DNA from: Tubiluchus corallicola
Lineage: Eukaryota; Animalia; Priapulida
Assembly: GCA_030141605.1 (NCBI GenBank)
Contig: JAQGDQ010000180.1
Location: forward strand, 124,001 to 188,000
DNA length: 64,000 nucleotides
Reading direction: 5' to 3'
The notes under the pieces were generated by a model. That model did not search any database. It was given only the letters and a program-made list of their open reading frames with translations, and was not told the origin of the DNA. Of the stretch, positions 38,593 to 52,359 are shown one piece after another; positions within the stretch are counted from its first letter, which is position 1, and each line of letters starts with the position of its first letter. A program made the translations under genes and the position numbers.

Positions 38593-39810
38593 TTAATAAT
38601 TTTTTGCAGGAATGTAGTTGTATCACCGTAGCAAACGAATAACAGACTTGCATGCTGTTCATTCAAAATAAAGAATGCACAGTTGTTTTCATCGAGGTCA
38701 AAGTGTGCACCAAGATGAGGAAAATACGACACTGGCGACATCTTCAGTGCATCATTTTGAATGACAGTGACGAGAGACGGACGAAAACATGTCAACGCTT
38801 TTTCACTGTCTGAAGAATGTAGGAACTTGTAGCTATAGGAGTTCATTGCTTTAGTGTCATTCTTTGACCTTGAACAGGGAGCGCGTAGTTGCAGGAAAAT
38901 TCCAGAAATTTAGTGCAAAACAAAGAAAATGATAAAAAATTTAACAAGAAAACAAAGAAGAAAACAAACAAAAGAAAACAGAAAGCCTGTGTGTTAGCAG
39001 ATGTGTGTTAAAGTGAGTAGGATTTAAGCAAAAATGCATGCACCTGTCCGTTCAGCGTGCAGGGAGCCTTATTGTAACGGGAAATTTGAGACAGGTGTAG
39101 CAATGTAGCACTTCTAACCAGATGGTGTATTATAATAATTGCTTGGGACTGGTTAAATTAGTGGTGTGGATAATTTTCACCTGCTTACTTGAACTGGACT
39201 GCAATGGTTTAAACTTCTAGATAGTTATAATGTATCTTAAAAACCGCTGGGATTATAATGATAGCAACTAAGAATGTGTTGTGTGGCCAACTTTAAGCTG
39301 TTCTAGCATCTTAGCTCACGCTAGAAAGAATAATCAGCGTGGCGACTACTTTAGTAAACATTTCATAGATGGCGCAACGGCTGACGAAAGCACTGCACGA
39401 TAAATGCAGCAGCAGGTGGCGCAATCCAATGACAAAAAAGAATCGTGTAATAATATAATAGCCCTTTAAATTAACAGGTTAATTTACGAAAATTGTTTTT
39501 GTGAAAATACAAACATTATGATATCATTATTATTAATGATACTTAGTAAACAACTTAATTAAACTGTGTGTTTAACTAAGAAAATAATTATTTTAAGTTA
39601 CAGAACCTAGTAATGTCTTTTTATTACAATATTACGTAAATACAATAGTTTTACTTAATGTACTTTCGTGTAGGCTTCATTTACTTAGCAAAATCAAAGT
39701 TCTACCTTGTACAAAATCTGGGCTTCAATCTTTGTTATTATTGTTGTTCTTGTTGTTGTTATTGTTATCATTATTATTTATTACTATTATTAAATTTATT
39801 GTTAGTAAAG

Positions 39811-40058
39811 TATTATTATTATTATCATCATTATCATTATCATTATCATTATCATTATCATTATCATTATCATTATCATTGTCATTGTCATTGTCATTGT
39901 CATTGTCATTGTCATTGTCATTGTCATTGTCATTGTCATTGTCATTGTCATTGTCATTGTCATTGTCATTTATCATTATCATTATCATTATCATTATCAT
40001 TATCATTATCATTATCATTATCATTATCATTATCATTATCATTATCATTATCATTATC

Positions 40059-40094
<36 letters not shown>
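39811..40094. repeat. (TCATTA)n-(TCATTG)n-(TCATTA)n hexamer microsatellite
   Basis: Seen directly. Confidence 0.98.
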
Positions 40095-40095
<1 letters not shown>

Positions 40096-41379
40096 GTTTA
40101 TTTCGCATAAAAATATACAGCTTACAAAGACAACAGGATGTTAGTAAAGTAACGTATGTACAGAAATTCAACATTATAATATCCACTCATTTCAATACGC
40201 TCGTAATTCTATTACTATATACGGTGTTGCAAAAATCTATAAACAGGTATCTTAAAACATAATATTTAAATGAGTTCTTAACCTTTAACTTTACGTTTTC
40301 GTTTAGGTCTACAGTACAACCACATTTATCAGTCCGACAGCGTAGAAAAATGTGTTTAACAGGTAAAATTCCTGTCAATTTTCAGTTTAGTTTTCGATCC
40401 GGCTTGTGTATTCTACCCAAAAAATATGAACCTGAGCTTGAAAACTGAGCACGGGCTGGAGAAATTCTCAAAGAACGCAGGACGGCGATTAACGTCTTGT
40501 TATCCCGGCTTCGAGGGGTAGTACAGCGATTCAGCGAGTCTCTCTCGTGCAGCCATCGTAAAGGGAAGGTCTAGTTTGACGCTGTGTGCGTGGCAATTTG
40601 GAGAATCTCCAGCTGTTGGCAAAATACTGAGCACATCATGGCGTGTTTTATTACTACAGCCTCTATAAACTATTGCAGCACTTTCTCGCGCCTGTAGTGC
40701 CACAAGACAGGAGCCTAATTGATTGGAAAGACTGTAATTATGCGTAGCTAAACAAAAATTAATCTTATTTGTTCAGGCTAAAATGTAGAAGAAACAGCAG
40801 CGAAGACGGCAAAAAAATCCGTCTTCAAGAAATAGTTTCAGAAACAGTTCCAATAAGAGCTTCCAACTTCCAGATTTATTATATATATAATAAGGGAACA
40901 GCCTATAAGAAGTCGATATATATATATAATATAAGATATACGATATATAATATAAGATATATACGATATATATATATAAGATTTTATTTGTACATGTTAC
41001 ATATTACAACAGTGCAATTCTCCAATATTTGTTAGTATGTAATAATTTACGAACGTGTTTACATTAGTTAGTTATAATATAATAAAACGATATTTTCGAT
41101 ATTCCCCTGTTAATAAGACCCCGTTTGAAACAATTACTTTAATACTACTACTACATGTAATAATCCTAATTACTGAATAATTGCATTGTTTTGTTTAAAT
41201 TTAGGTATTTAACTTTATTATTTTTTGTTTTCAGTTTTTTTTGATAATTTGTATCATTTGTACTATTATTATTAATATTATGTTTTTCTTATTTGTTTTT
41301 GTTTTTGTTATCTGCAGCATCACCGTTTATATTTAGTATACCAATCTACGTATAAGAAAGGGCAGGAGACTAGATGACC

Positions 41380-41890
41380 ATAATTATTATTATTACTGTC
41401 ATTATTACTATCACTATTACTATTACTATTACTATTACTATTACTATTACTATTACTATTACTGTTACTATTACTATTACTATTACTATTACTATTACTA
41501 TCATTATTATTACAATTACTATTACCATTACTATTATTATTTTATTATTATTACTATTACTATTACTATTACCATTACTATCATTATTATTACTATTACT
41601 ATTACTGTTACTGTTACTGTTACTGTTACAGTTACAGTTACAGTTACAGTTACAGTTACAGTTACAGTTACAGTTACAGTTACAGTTACAGTTACTGTTA
41701 CTGTTACTGTTACTGTTACTGTTACTGTTACTATTACTATTACTATTACTATTACTATCTCTATTAATATTACCATTACTATCATTATTATTACAATTGC
41801 TATTACTATTATTATAATTATTACTAGTGCTATTATTATTATTAATGTTGTTATTGTCGTTACTGCTACAATCATAGTTATTGTTGTTGT
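41380..41890. repeat. Compound (TTACTA)n/(GTTACW)n microsatellite
   Basis: Seen directly. Confidence 0.97.
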
Positions 41891-44114
41891 TGAAATCATT
41901 AGCATCGAGTAATAATTACAACTATACATTATAGAGTATTTTTAATTAATAACAAAATTAAAATATGAATTTTGATTAATGAGAATTTCGCGGCATCTTA
42001 CGCTATAACTAACTTACTTAATGAAGCCACGAAGCCATCACGTGGATTCATCCACAAACCCAGTTTTTACAGCAATAAATGTCACACGAATGAGACTCAC
42101 TCATTAAATCGTCTGATACTGGAAGTGGCGCACACTCACATGTGCTGAAAAGTGTTTTGATTTGAACTCTTGACACGCAGTAAGTTAAAACATATTGCAA
42201 TCAGTTTTTTAGGGCACACTGTTTAGTTTAACACATGATGTATGATGTGTTTAATAACTCTTCGGGATGACGTGCGAAATTTTTTCAAGATATTCCAAAA
42301 ATTGTAGCAATTTCGTTGCAGATTTTCACACAGGAATAAAATATGGCTCACTTGAAATTGAATATTCCGAAAGAGTTAAATGTGTGGGCTATAGTCGAAA
42401 TTAAGAATATAATAAAACATAATTAAAATAACGCGTCGCATTTCTTATGGAACGTTGTAACTGTGACCGAGACCGACTCAATATTGTATATGTATGACTT
42501 AAATTCCCCTTGTATGAAACTGGGATAGTTGTTTTGTGAAATTGCGCTAAATGTCCGGATTTTAGCGAGACTTCATAAAACTACTATCACAGTTTTACAC
42601 ACGGGAATTTCAGTCATAGATCTGCAATATTCTATCGGCCTCGGTCACAGTTACAAACGTGGTCCGTTATTATTTCTACTTTTAGCAATATTCTTCACTT
42701 TGAAGAAAATTATTCGCATTACCACACATTTTATTTTATATTGCAATAATTACTGAAAGGACTGTGTAATTTTTTGATGGCCAACAGCGAAAGATTTTGA
42801 AATAATGATTGACATATTTTTTGCTTATACAACTACTTTTTTGGGTAATTCGTTTATTACGTATAGTATACCAGTGTTTATCCGTCGTGTTTTTTGTTAA
42901 AAATTTAGATTTCATAAAGAGAAAAATTTATAATAATATTTTATGCTACAATATTTCATTTTACAATAGGATTTATAATTTATAGTTATAGATATTTGAT
43001 CTATTGTTTTTAAATTTTGTAATCAATAAATATTTTTGTTTACAGCAAGTTTTAGTGGTTTTTATTTGGTAAGTACATTACATAAGACTTTCTTAATTCA
43101 AAACTGAAGATTGGTCAGTTGCACGACGCAGCAGACGAAAAATTACCACGTAATTTAACTACGTCAGCACATCAAAATTATTAATTTTTATACGAATTTT
43201 ATTCTGCGTTTTACATTATAGCTTACTGAACTGACAAAGGTTCACGATTATCCCAAACATGCGTAGAGATATTTTTCATTTTTTACATACACGGACTCTT
43301 GCAAGTCACACGATTACACACAGGTCCAGTTAACCGCTGTTTAACCCCAGGCTGTAGGCCTACGTCACACTACTCAGTAACATGAAATACTAGGCCTATA
43401 CTGTAGGCCTAAAGACCTGTTTTCATGAAAATGAATGTGACTATTCTTACGCATTAGTGACATTTAAGTATTAATAACCACGGGGTGTATACAACAAAGA
43501 TTATAAGTAATGGGCAATTTGTACAATTAAGGAATAAGATGTGCAAGCATACATATAGAACTATCGAAAAAAACTAGAAAATACTATCACTTATTAACAT
43601 ACACATTGCCGTTTAACAATCCATTTCAGATCAAAACAGATCGAAATAAACTACGTTTTCCATATGCGATATTTATTTTGTTTCAATTAAAAATCCTATC
43701 AAACAATTAGGCCTAAAAATTTATCGGTTTTAATCCATACATCAACTGAAAGCTCAAGAGAATTATCACTAAATAATATTCTTTCAGAATTAGCATGAAA
43801 GTATGCGTACTTTGCATATTCTTTTCGAATTGCTATGGCATGAAAGTATACGTATTTTGCATTGATAGCAAACAAGTTATGGCAAAAATTCGCCGAATTT
43901 CAAACAGGGCTAAAACACTGGCATGCACAGTTAGTGAAGCTTCATCATCATCATCACCACCATGAAACATCATCAGCTGTTAAAGTTTAGGGTTTCGCTG
44001 TTCAGATGGCACTGACCCACATATAAGCTACTATGATTAATCCAACACAGCGAGTATTTCCTGTCTAATACTGTACTGTTGACAATTTCTAGCAAACATA
44101 TAAAGTGTACTTAC

Positions 44115-44285
44115 AAATCCGTATCCCCTGCTTTTTCCCGTTTGTCGGTCTGTGATTACGACAGCTTCTTCTATGTCTCCAAACTGCTGAAAATATTCTT
44201 TTAAGCTCTGGTCCGTGGTGTGGTACGGCAAACCACCCACAAAGATTTTCGTGAATGTCGTATCCTTCTGCTGTACAGTTGTCAT
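44115..44285 (-). CDS. RBM24: RBM24/RBM38 (SUP-12) family RNA-binding protein, coding exon 1 (57 aa, N-terminal half of the RRM)
   Basis: [57 protein letters not shown] contains RNP2 (IFVGGL) and RNP1 (RGYGF) and is near-identical to the RBM24/38 N-terminus. ATG is at 44285 in a GCCATG context. A GTAAGT donor follows GYGF directly (phase 0). Confidence 0.97.
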
Positions 44286-44627
44286 GGCTAGATATATTAA
44301 TATATATAAATATGTATATATACACAAAAACGAGTAAAAATAAAATTTAAAAATATGCACAAGTGTTACCAGCCACTGGTATATATCACGGTACAGTTCC
44401 CTGCAGTGTTTTGGAGTAAAGTTTTTTCAAGGCTCATGCACAGCTTGTCTTGTGATTGGTGGGTTCGTATAGTACAGTGAAACCCAGTCTTTTCTTGTGT
44501 GTTCGTGCATAACACGAACAGTTGACTTCTAGAAATGCTGATACTGCTGCTTCTCGTGCACCGTTCTTTCATTTATCCATGGTGAACGCGAATAGAACCA
44601 CGTGCTTTAGCAACAGAGTAAGCCCTA

Positions 44628-44745
44628 CCCACAATGCTTACCCTTACCAACCAGTGCACGGAGATTAAATAGCTCGACCCACCCGTGACAGCTGATTGAC
44701 GCTAGAGAACGCTGCGATGCAGTTTGCGCAAAGCATTGTGGGGAA
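44628..44745. promoter_or_regulatory. RBM24 proximal promoter candidate with two inverted ZNF143/Staf-like sites
   Basis: CCCACAATGCTT (44628-44639) and AAGCATTGTGGG (44731-44742); the minus strand reads TCCCCACAATGCTTTGCG. CACGTG and CAGCTG E-boxes are nearby. Confidence 0.5.
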
Positions 44746-45514
44746 GTTAGCAGCATAGGCGTTTATCTCTCATAACAACTCGTAACAACACAAGGAACTA
44801 CAAAATTTAATATTAATTTAATTTCTTTAACTTATTTCAGGTTTTTGCCTATATCAACAATCATAAAATTACGTACAGACTTAAAACCTTGTTTAAGCTT
44901 CCTAAAAGTTCATAGAAGTTGAGAATGAAAGTAAAGTGCAATACAAAATTTTAGATTCGTACTAATATCTACAGCTGGCTACAGCTAAAAGCTTTAATTT
45001 AGTTTTATTTTATTTACTTGTTTATTTCAGAGCCGATGTCCATAAAATACAAAATGGAAGCAATACAATGAAAACGAACAAAACTTAAGAAAACATGAAT
45101 TACTGACATTTAAAAGATGAAATTTCACAGCACATTGACTCTGGTCTCAGTTAAACCTACGTACATGTATATATATATATATGTGTACATGTTGAGAACC
45201 GGAGGCAGGGTCATATAGTAGAACCGGTGTAATAAGAATGAATTAGTTGCTATTTCACATTAACTGAATAATGTGAAACATTATTAACACATTCACATTT
45301 CAAAATAAATCTATTACTTCTATAACAGTGTTACTGTACATAAAAACCGTTATTGTAAAATAGGACGAAAACGAAACGTACCTAGAGCAAATGCCACAGA
45401 AGAAAACATTTAAGAAGAACAATATGTTGTACAACATACAGATTCTGGCTTTGAACGATTTCTAAACCATTTCAAGAGTATCTTCAAAAAATGCTTCAGT
45501 AATAACTTAATTAA

Positions 45515-46090
45515 AGGAAAACAGCACGTTTTTCATACCCCTCTCTATTTTGGAGTACGGTAAAACGTATAAGTTTTAAAGTAATAATAATGCCTAAGTG
45601 TTTCTGATAATTAAATAGGAATTTAAACGCTTAATTAACAGCTAGTGAGCACAGGTAGCGATAACGTCAGAACTGAACGTAATTTTTAACGGCAAAAACA
45701 TTCCACGAGCGCGTTGCGCCTGTTTGCGAAAGCGAAAATTGAAGTGCAGTTCTACTTTACAACATTGACTATGATACAGAAAAGCTGAACAGATTTATAT
45801 TTTAATAAAAACTTTTCACGTTTATCGCTGTGTCATCGCGTGATTTCATCACAAGTGCGCGCTACGTCAGAATCGAACTGAAAGATGCAGATGCTCTGCC
45901 CATCTGTCTAATGGCGAAATACCTGTAACAGGACGCGAACGTGAAATTAAACTTTCGTGGAAATACCTACATGCTCTATTAAAACAGCTACCGATATTTA
46001 CTAAAATATATTAAAATCTATACAGAATTTAAAATTACAAACCATCAGTGAAAAAAACAACAGTTATACATCAATAAATGATGTTACCTT
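45515..46090. mobile_element. TTAA-flanked MITE-like element
   Basis: TTAA|AGGAAAACAGC...GATGTTACCTT|TTAA; shares motifs (AAAGCGAAAATTGAAGT) with 25880-26435. Confidence 0.5.
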
Positions 46091-46309
46091 TTAAATATAT
46101 ACTAGTCTGATGTACGTGTACATGGTTTACAATAGAATAGAACTGCTGATCCAGTCATTCGTGTTCTTAAACTATAGGCAGAGTGACACAACAGTACTTT
46201 AAATGTTTTATTTTTTGCACATAAGATGGCGTATCGTAAGCATAATACGTGAAAATTTTGTGAAGAGCAACATTGTAAGTGGCGCGGATCTCGTTAAACT
46301 GCATAGTTT

Positions 46310-46947
46310 AAAATGAGATACGTGTTAAATTTAAGATACTACTACTTGTGTTTAAGGCGCTTCATGGCGAGACATCTGCTTACATTTGTGACATGATTCG
46401 TCCACCAAATTCAATCCGGTATAGTATTAGATCAAACGATAGCCGTTTGCTTACGGTTCCTAGAGTGCGCTGTTTCACTATGGGTGATAGGTCATTTGTT
46501 GTTGCAGGACCTGTTCCATTATGGGTGATAGGTCTTGTGCTGTTGCAAGACCTGTTCCACTATGGGTGATACGTCATTTGCTGTTGCAAGACCTGTTCCA
46601 CTATGGGTGACATGTCATTTGCTGTCCCTGGACCGACTCAATTGAACAGCCTGCGTATTCACATTCAAGATACTTTCGAACACTAACACTTTTAAAATTA
46701 CAGATTAAAACATACTTATTTAAGATAGAATACGATCTTTGAAGAAATTTTGATTTGTCGTTGCATGCTTGTATTTTCTAAATCTGTGTTTTTTTCTACT
46801 TACTTGTTGTTATTTTATGAAATTTAGTAGGATTTTTGTTTAATATTATAAACGTTTTTAATCTCTTCACGATGATTTTAGATACCTTTATATATCATCT
46901 TTGAATATTGTCAGTTGAGCTGTCTATAGATTTAGACGCTATGCAAG

Positions 46948-46978
<31 letters not shown>
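46310..46978 (+). mobile_element. 3' remnant of an L2 LINE with an internal ~40-bp triplication
   Basis: RVKFKILLLVFKALHG..YICDMI..GDRSFVVAGP..KTYLFK; CGCTAT then a (TTA)n tail. Confidence 0.8.
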
Positions 46979-47680
46979 GCATCATTATTATATAAAATCC
47001 CCACAGGAGACGTGAAATGCAGAAATTAATGGGAAAACGATACAAAGCAGAAAAACGTGATGAATTTTATGTAAGAAACTTTCTTTAAAGGAAAAATTAT
47101 TGAAAAATTATAAAATAAATTGATAATTATAAAGGTGAAATATAACCGACTAGTGTACTTTATTCTGTTGATGCTCTTTTATTTAATTAATTAAATAATT
47201 AATTAACAAACAACACAACGATTTTTTTTTTCATTTTTTAGAACACAAAATGAAGCTTTCTGTGAGAATGGCTTATACGTCAGTTTTGGGATATGGAGTC
47301 TCAGTAACTTCTTTTCTAGTTTTCAATTTACCTCGCAAGTGATTTTTTTGTCTTTTTTATCTTTACATTTATCTCGCAGCCGTAAATTGCGTAAATTTTG
47401 AAAGTTCCCAGTTTTGCCATTTTCTTAGTGTGCTCAGATGTAACCATAACTAAATGTATCAATTTTCAAACTGTCATTTGAAACTAATAAGTCACGTTTA
47501 ATGTGGTTGTTAATGTCAACTTTTAGTTTTCACTTTCTGTTAACTTAGTTAACTTTTAGTCAAAATTTTAGATTTTCAATAATAATTGACTTCTTGTTTC
47601 CTTAGCAGGCCAATCTGCACGACGCAAAAATGTGCTCATCGGAAATATGTCCATTACAGACCTTATATTGTTTCACGCCA

Positions 47681-47699
47681 TGACCTGCAGGTGGCAGCA
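47681..47699 (+). promoter_or_regulatory. CTCF-like motif between the divergent RBM24 and eIF2D starts
   Basis: TGACCTGCAGGTGGCAGCA versus core CCASYAGRKGGCRS (1 mismatch). Confidence 0.4.
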
Positions 47700-47734
47700 C
47701 TTGCTTATCTCTACATTTCTCTGGTTAAACTTAT

Positions 47735-48075
47735 TTTTTGGAGCAATTCACGAATTATCTGTTGAAACTTTCTTTTCAGTTGCGAATGATATTTACCAAG
47801 TTTAGGTTGTTCAGTCACAGTTTACCAACTGAAAAATGTAAGCATGAATATATGGATTATAATGAGATGAAGTATAATATTTTTGAACCAGTAGGTGATG
47901 AGTATCATTGTCTTTGCAGTATGGTCTTTTTAAAAACGAAAAGAAATTGTTTTTGTCAAAGTATGACCAAAGTAATGTAAATTCTGAGGGATGTTTTCAA
48001 CTTTTTTGAAGTAAAATTTCCATATTCATCACAAAATTGTCAAATTTGTTCAGGAAATTTTAATAATTGGTAAAC
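47735..48075 (+). mobile_element. Degenerate LINE ORF2 C-terminus (RTE-X-like)
   Basis: FTKFRLFSHSLPTEK...VGDEYHCLC motif. Confidence 0.55.
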
Positions 48076-49669
48076 GATGGCGCTTTGGGCGTTTAATTCT
48101 GTTGTGAACAATGCGAGTTTTTGCTGATTGTATAATATTAAAACTACTAATATTAATTTTAATCTTTCTTAAATAAGTTTATTCATTGCTCCTCTCATTT
48201 TTCAGATACCTTGTCGTATTTATCTCATATGTCCAGTACGCAGTTACTCTGTGTAACATTTTAATATTTTTTAGTTTCATGTCTTTGAAAAAGCATACAG
48301 TGAGTCCAGTGTAACTAGACTGTTTGCGTACTTGCTACACAAATACAATACATATTAACAGAACTGAAATCGAAAACAGAAGTCTACACTCTCTACATGA
48401 CTGCAATCCTTGACTTTAGTAGTAATAAAAATCATGAGTAGATTTTTTTAGATTTTTTTGGACACGATCCACATGTGTATAATTAAATTTTCATTATGTA
48501 TAAAATGTATAGCATATTTTTCTAAATAACAGACGTGATTGGCTTTTGAAAGCCCGACGATAAATATTTTTTACAGTAAAAAGAGATTAAATATTTGGTT
48601 TCACTTTTTGTGTAGTTTAAATTACTTTTCCACAGTTCTCATTAACTTTTGGACAGCGTTTGGACAATAAATGTTTTCACCTCTTGCATAATTCATTTAA
48701 CCTTTGCAAAATTAAACTATTACTGTTTGCTACAGGTAAATTACTGGTACGCTTATCGAAGGAGCTTTTTTTCTAAAAATTACGTAAATATAAGCCTCAT
48801 TTTTACCTATTTTAACAATTTATGGCGTGAATAGACAAAGAAGTCTTCGAGCCAGCCAGTATGGACAGAACAAAGCAGTAACGGATCGTAGTTAAATTGT
48901 TTTGCTGCAATTTAATGGGTGCTGCAAAATTAATTTTTAGCCATTGTTTTAATACTGTGTAAAACGAAACAAACATATGTATTTTTATTGTTGTAATTTT
49001 AAACAAACAAACTAATTTAAACATAACCTTGTTAAACTCCTATACAAAAATTGTTTTCTTACGAATAGCCTAAATTGTCGTAGTTCAAGAATAGGCCGAT
49101 ACACGGCTTTTAAACACGCGACAACTGACAACACGTACTACAGTGAGCGACAGTACTCTTTCTACCTAACGTACAGCGCTTTATCTCAGACACGTGCGCA
49201 TGCCTGCATGCGCACAGCAGCCAAACATCGCGTTGCTTAGGCTGTGAAGCAAATTGTAATTCCCTCACATGCTCTGGTTATTATTTTTAACTATCATTGA
49301 TACATTGCTTTTTGTGAGAAAATAGAAAAAATAAATCTAAATCTGTTCACGATTTATTTTACTCTTTTGTACAAATGATTTCTGTCTGAAATCACCCTGT
49401 GCACAATTGAAAAATGATTTTTAAACAGTCGAAACAAAGTGCAAAGTTACAAGATCTGTACATATAGAAATCTCACTACATACAATTATGCCAAATGCGT
49501 GTAGTGCCATTTTCTATATGTATGGATCTTTAAAATAGTCCATGCTACCTGAGCCCTTCCTAGAATACTGTGGATGGATAATTTCTCAAGGAGTTGCTCA
49601 AATGATAGATAATAGTATAATGTATTTGTAGAGTCACAAAAGTGACAAGTATTGCAGTTCGACGATGCT

Positions 49670-49900
49670 TGAATTAATTGAAGACACTGTGGAGATTTTA
49701 TTGAGGCTTGTAAAATATTGATTAGAAAAAACATTTTGCCTGAAAATTTCTTTAAAAACTTTTTAAAGAGCAGTCACATCTTCACATTCGTAAACATTCA
49801 TTTACTGTTGAAGTGATGAATGAATGGAATAATATGCTTGTCGTGGTGATTGCTGTACTAACTATAGTAATTGTGGAAAAATATGGGGTTTCTAATATGA
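49670..49900 (+). mobile_element. Degenerate CR1 3' fragment
   Basis: RHCGDFIEACKIL and HIRKHSFTVEVMNEWNNM. Confidence 0.55.
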
Positions 49901-50099
49901 GTGTACTCACTGGACCCTTAGTCATTCATTACAGTATTGTGTAAGACGGTGGCTAATATTTTGTCGAAACTATGAGCAAAAATGTAGTTTTAAGAATATG
50001 AGATGCCGCAGGATGACATGACTGTCTATGTCAGTCGTGCTTTCTGATAGAGAATGCTCAGCTCTATCCCTCATAATTCATCGCGTAGACATTAGACAG

Positions 50100-50318
50100 T
50101 CGACAGTACGTGGTAATTCATTAACTATGGTTATAACGGCTGCGCTAGTGCTACCATGACTGCGGCGCCATGCGTTGTGTCTCGCAAGATTTGACAAACA
50201 CAACATATGGCACCGCTCTTATCGCTTGTCGCGTCGTATTTTGTAAAAAAAATTGTTCATGTGCCAATGCTGATTTCGCTTTGAGACTATAAATAGGGTA
50301 CTAATAGCAAAAGGCAAA
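50100..50318 (+). promoter_or_regulatory. eIF2D promoter/5' UTR candidate
   Basis: CpG-enriched patch directly before exon 1; TCTCGCAAGA (1 mismatch to the TCTCGCGAGA housekeeping palindrome) near 50180. Confidence 0.45.
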
Positions 50319-50374
50319 ATGTTTTTGAAACCTTTCAGAATCAAGTCAAATACCGCTATTAAAGGCTCAGAACG
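50319..50374 (+). CDS. EIF2D: eIF2D (ligatin) coding exon 1
   Basis: AAAATG start; MFLKPFRIKSNTAIKGSE plus CG|gtaaat matches the eIF2D N-terminus (MFxKxFRxKSNTAIKGS). The phase-2 intron joins ttttag|G at 53210 to give ...SERKRMRAT. Confidence 0.93.
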
Positions 50375-50730
50375 GTAAATTTATAAATGAAACTGCTACT
50401 GTACGTTCTCGTTCAACGACACTAATGCGTTCCAGTGATAGGTAGCTAAACAAAAACAACGCTTTTCATAGGATATAATGTAAAAGTATTGAAATAAGTC
50501 CCAGGGACAAAAGTCAACAATGCTAGTACATATGAAGTAAATGCTGTTAGACTTTGTTTATTGTGTCCTTTAATCATTAATGCTTTATTCATTGTGCAAA
50601 ATTTGGTTAACAAATTTATGGAGATGATGGAAGGCATTTGGTTTATCCACCTTAAAAGTGTAAATTAAATCTAAATGTCGGGGGTTTTATGCATCATCCC
50701 CTTATACTGATAACAAAGTATTCTGCTGTA

Positions 50731-51524
50731 CAGTAAACTCCGCATATAACAGAAATGCAACCGGACCGAAAAAACTTTTGAGTTAGGCGATGTTGACCAT
50801 TTTCCAGCATAGAAAGTCTAAATCCCTCCTCCAGACGGTGAGCTAAATAGAAGGCAGAAAGTCAACCCTTCTATACATAAACGACAAGATTTGATGACAA
50901 TTACACAATAACAAATTATGTAGTGAAACACGATTTTTTTATGTTACAAGGACACGTACACAACACTGTTAAACAACATGACAGTGCATACCAGTGTCTT
51001 GCGTACTGCAGTTCAGTTTGTGCGAAGTTCAATTATTTACACACTCCGTCAATAATAAGTGTTAGACAGAGACAGTGAATTTGAACAGACCATCACAATA
51101 GAGCGATTGTTTTCCCGCCGCCGACTGAGTCTTTCCGGGAAAGATCTTCCCTGGTAGAGTGTCACTATGTAGCTGCCAACTGTGACTTTCGCGGAAAGAT
51201 CAATCTCGAAGAAAATAATTAAGGGGCGTGACTTGTAAGACATCAGAATTTTCCCGGAAGACGATATCGTTTTTGAGTTCTAAGAAACTTTTTATTTTTC
51301 TAGAGTATAATTGCATTTTAGAGTTAAGCAAAGTAAATTACACGTATTTTGAGTAAATGGACCATAATTTTTTATTTGAGTTAGGCACAATTTTGAGGTG
51401 TGTATTTTGAGTTAAGCGATGTTTTTTGTGGGAAAAACGAAGGATTTCATCCATTCCGCTGAAATTTTTGAGTTAGACGAAAATTTGAGTTATGCGATTT
51501 TGAGTTACGCTGCGGAGTTTACTG
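50731..51524. mobile_element. Tc1/mariner-type MITE in eIF2D intron 1
   Basis: TA|CAGTAAACTCCGC...GCGGAGTTTACTG|TA; subterminal TTTGAGTTA repeats. Confidence 0.85.
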
Positions 51525-51876
51525 TAGTACTAGATTTGTGAGCCATCCACCGCTGCATTGCTGTTTTAGTATATGCAGTACTGTATCCTATTTTTAAAAT
51601 TTCTCCAGTGTGCAAATTGCACAGTGTATTTTGTGAGTGGTTTATCGGTCTCTATTTTGACTATGTCACAGTCATGAACTGATTTCAGTTTCACGAAGGC
51701 ACCAGTCTGCTTTCAAAACTGTGAGTTCTATTTTCAGTGCAAAGTGACACTCCTAATTGAGTCATGAATACTACTGGTCTTTATAAAACAACATTAATTT
51801 TGTTCATTTTCATTTTTTTTAACTTTACTTAATTTCTATATATTTAATTTTGAGGGAAATAACTTGATAATGTGCA

Positions 51877-52359
51877 CAGTCAACCTCGGGTATAAGGTAC
51901 TCTCTTATAAGAGACCACCAACACCGGTCCAGATTTTTCGTAATGTTTTTCTTATGTAAAAATCTTTGTATATAAGGAACTCGGATATAAGGGACTTTCA
52001 GTTGTAAGCGACGATATCTTCAGGTCCCGTGTAATAGAAACCCAAGTAAATTACCTCACATATAAGGGACCCTATGATCGAAGTGAAATTGATCGATTTT
52101 TAACCTCAATTTTTTGCAAACTCGGCCTTCGAACAGCTCGGTTTCCCCGGTCACATACATCTCGCATCACTGAAGGAGCTTCCTACATACCGTTTGCACT
52201 TAATGTGTAGCAATAATCCATAAAAATATGGGTAAAAGTACAGAAAAGTACAGGTCTAGATACATCCTCAGTCTGACTCACCTTTGGCTCTAAGGGATAT
52301 CAGATATAAGGGATGATTTTTTCCGGTCCGGAGGTGTCCCTTATAGCCGATGTTGACTG
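51877..52359 (+). mobile_element. Tc1/mariner-type MITE (CAGTCAACCTCGG family) in eIF2D intron 1
   Basis: TIR CAGTCAAC(C/A)TCGG..ATAAGG; copies at 55815-56273 and 20131-20575. Confidence 0.85.

Noticed and set aside
44037-44360. 107-aa ORF as a complete protein
   Set aside because: It includes 5' UTR and intron read-through; homology covers only 44115-44285.
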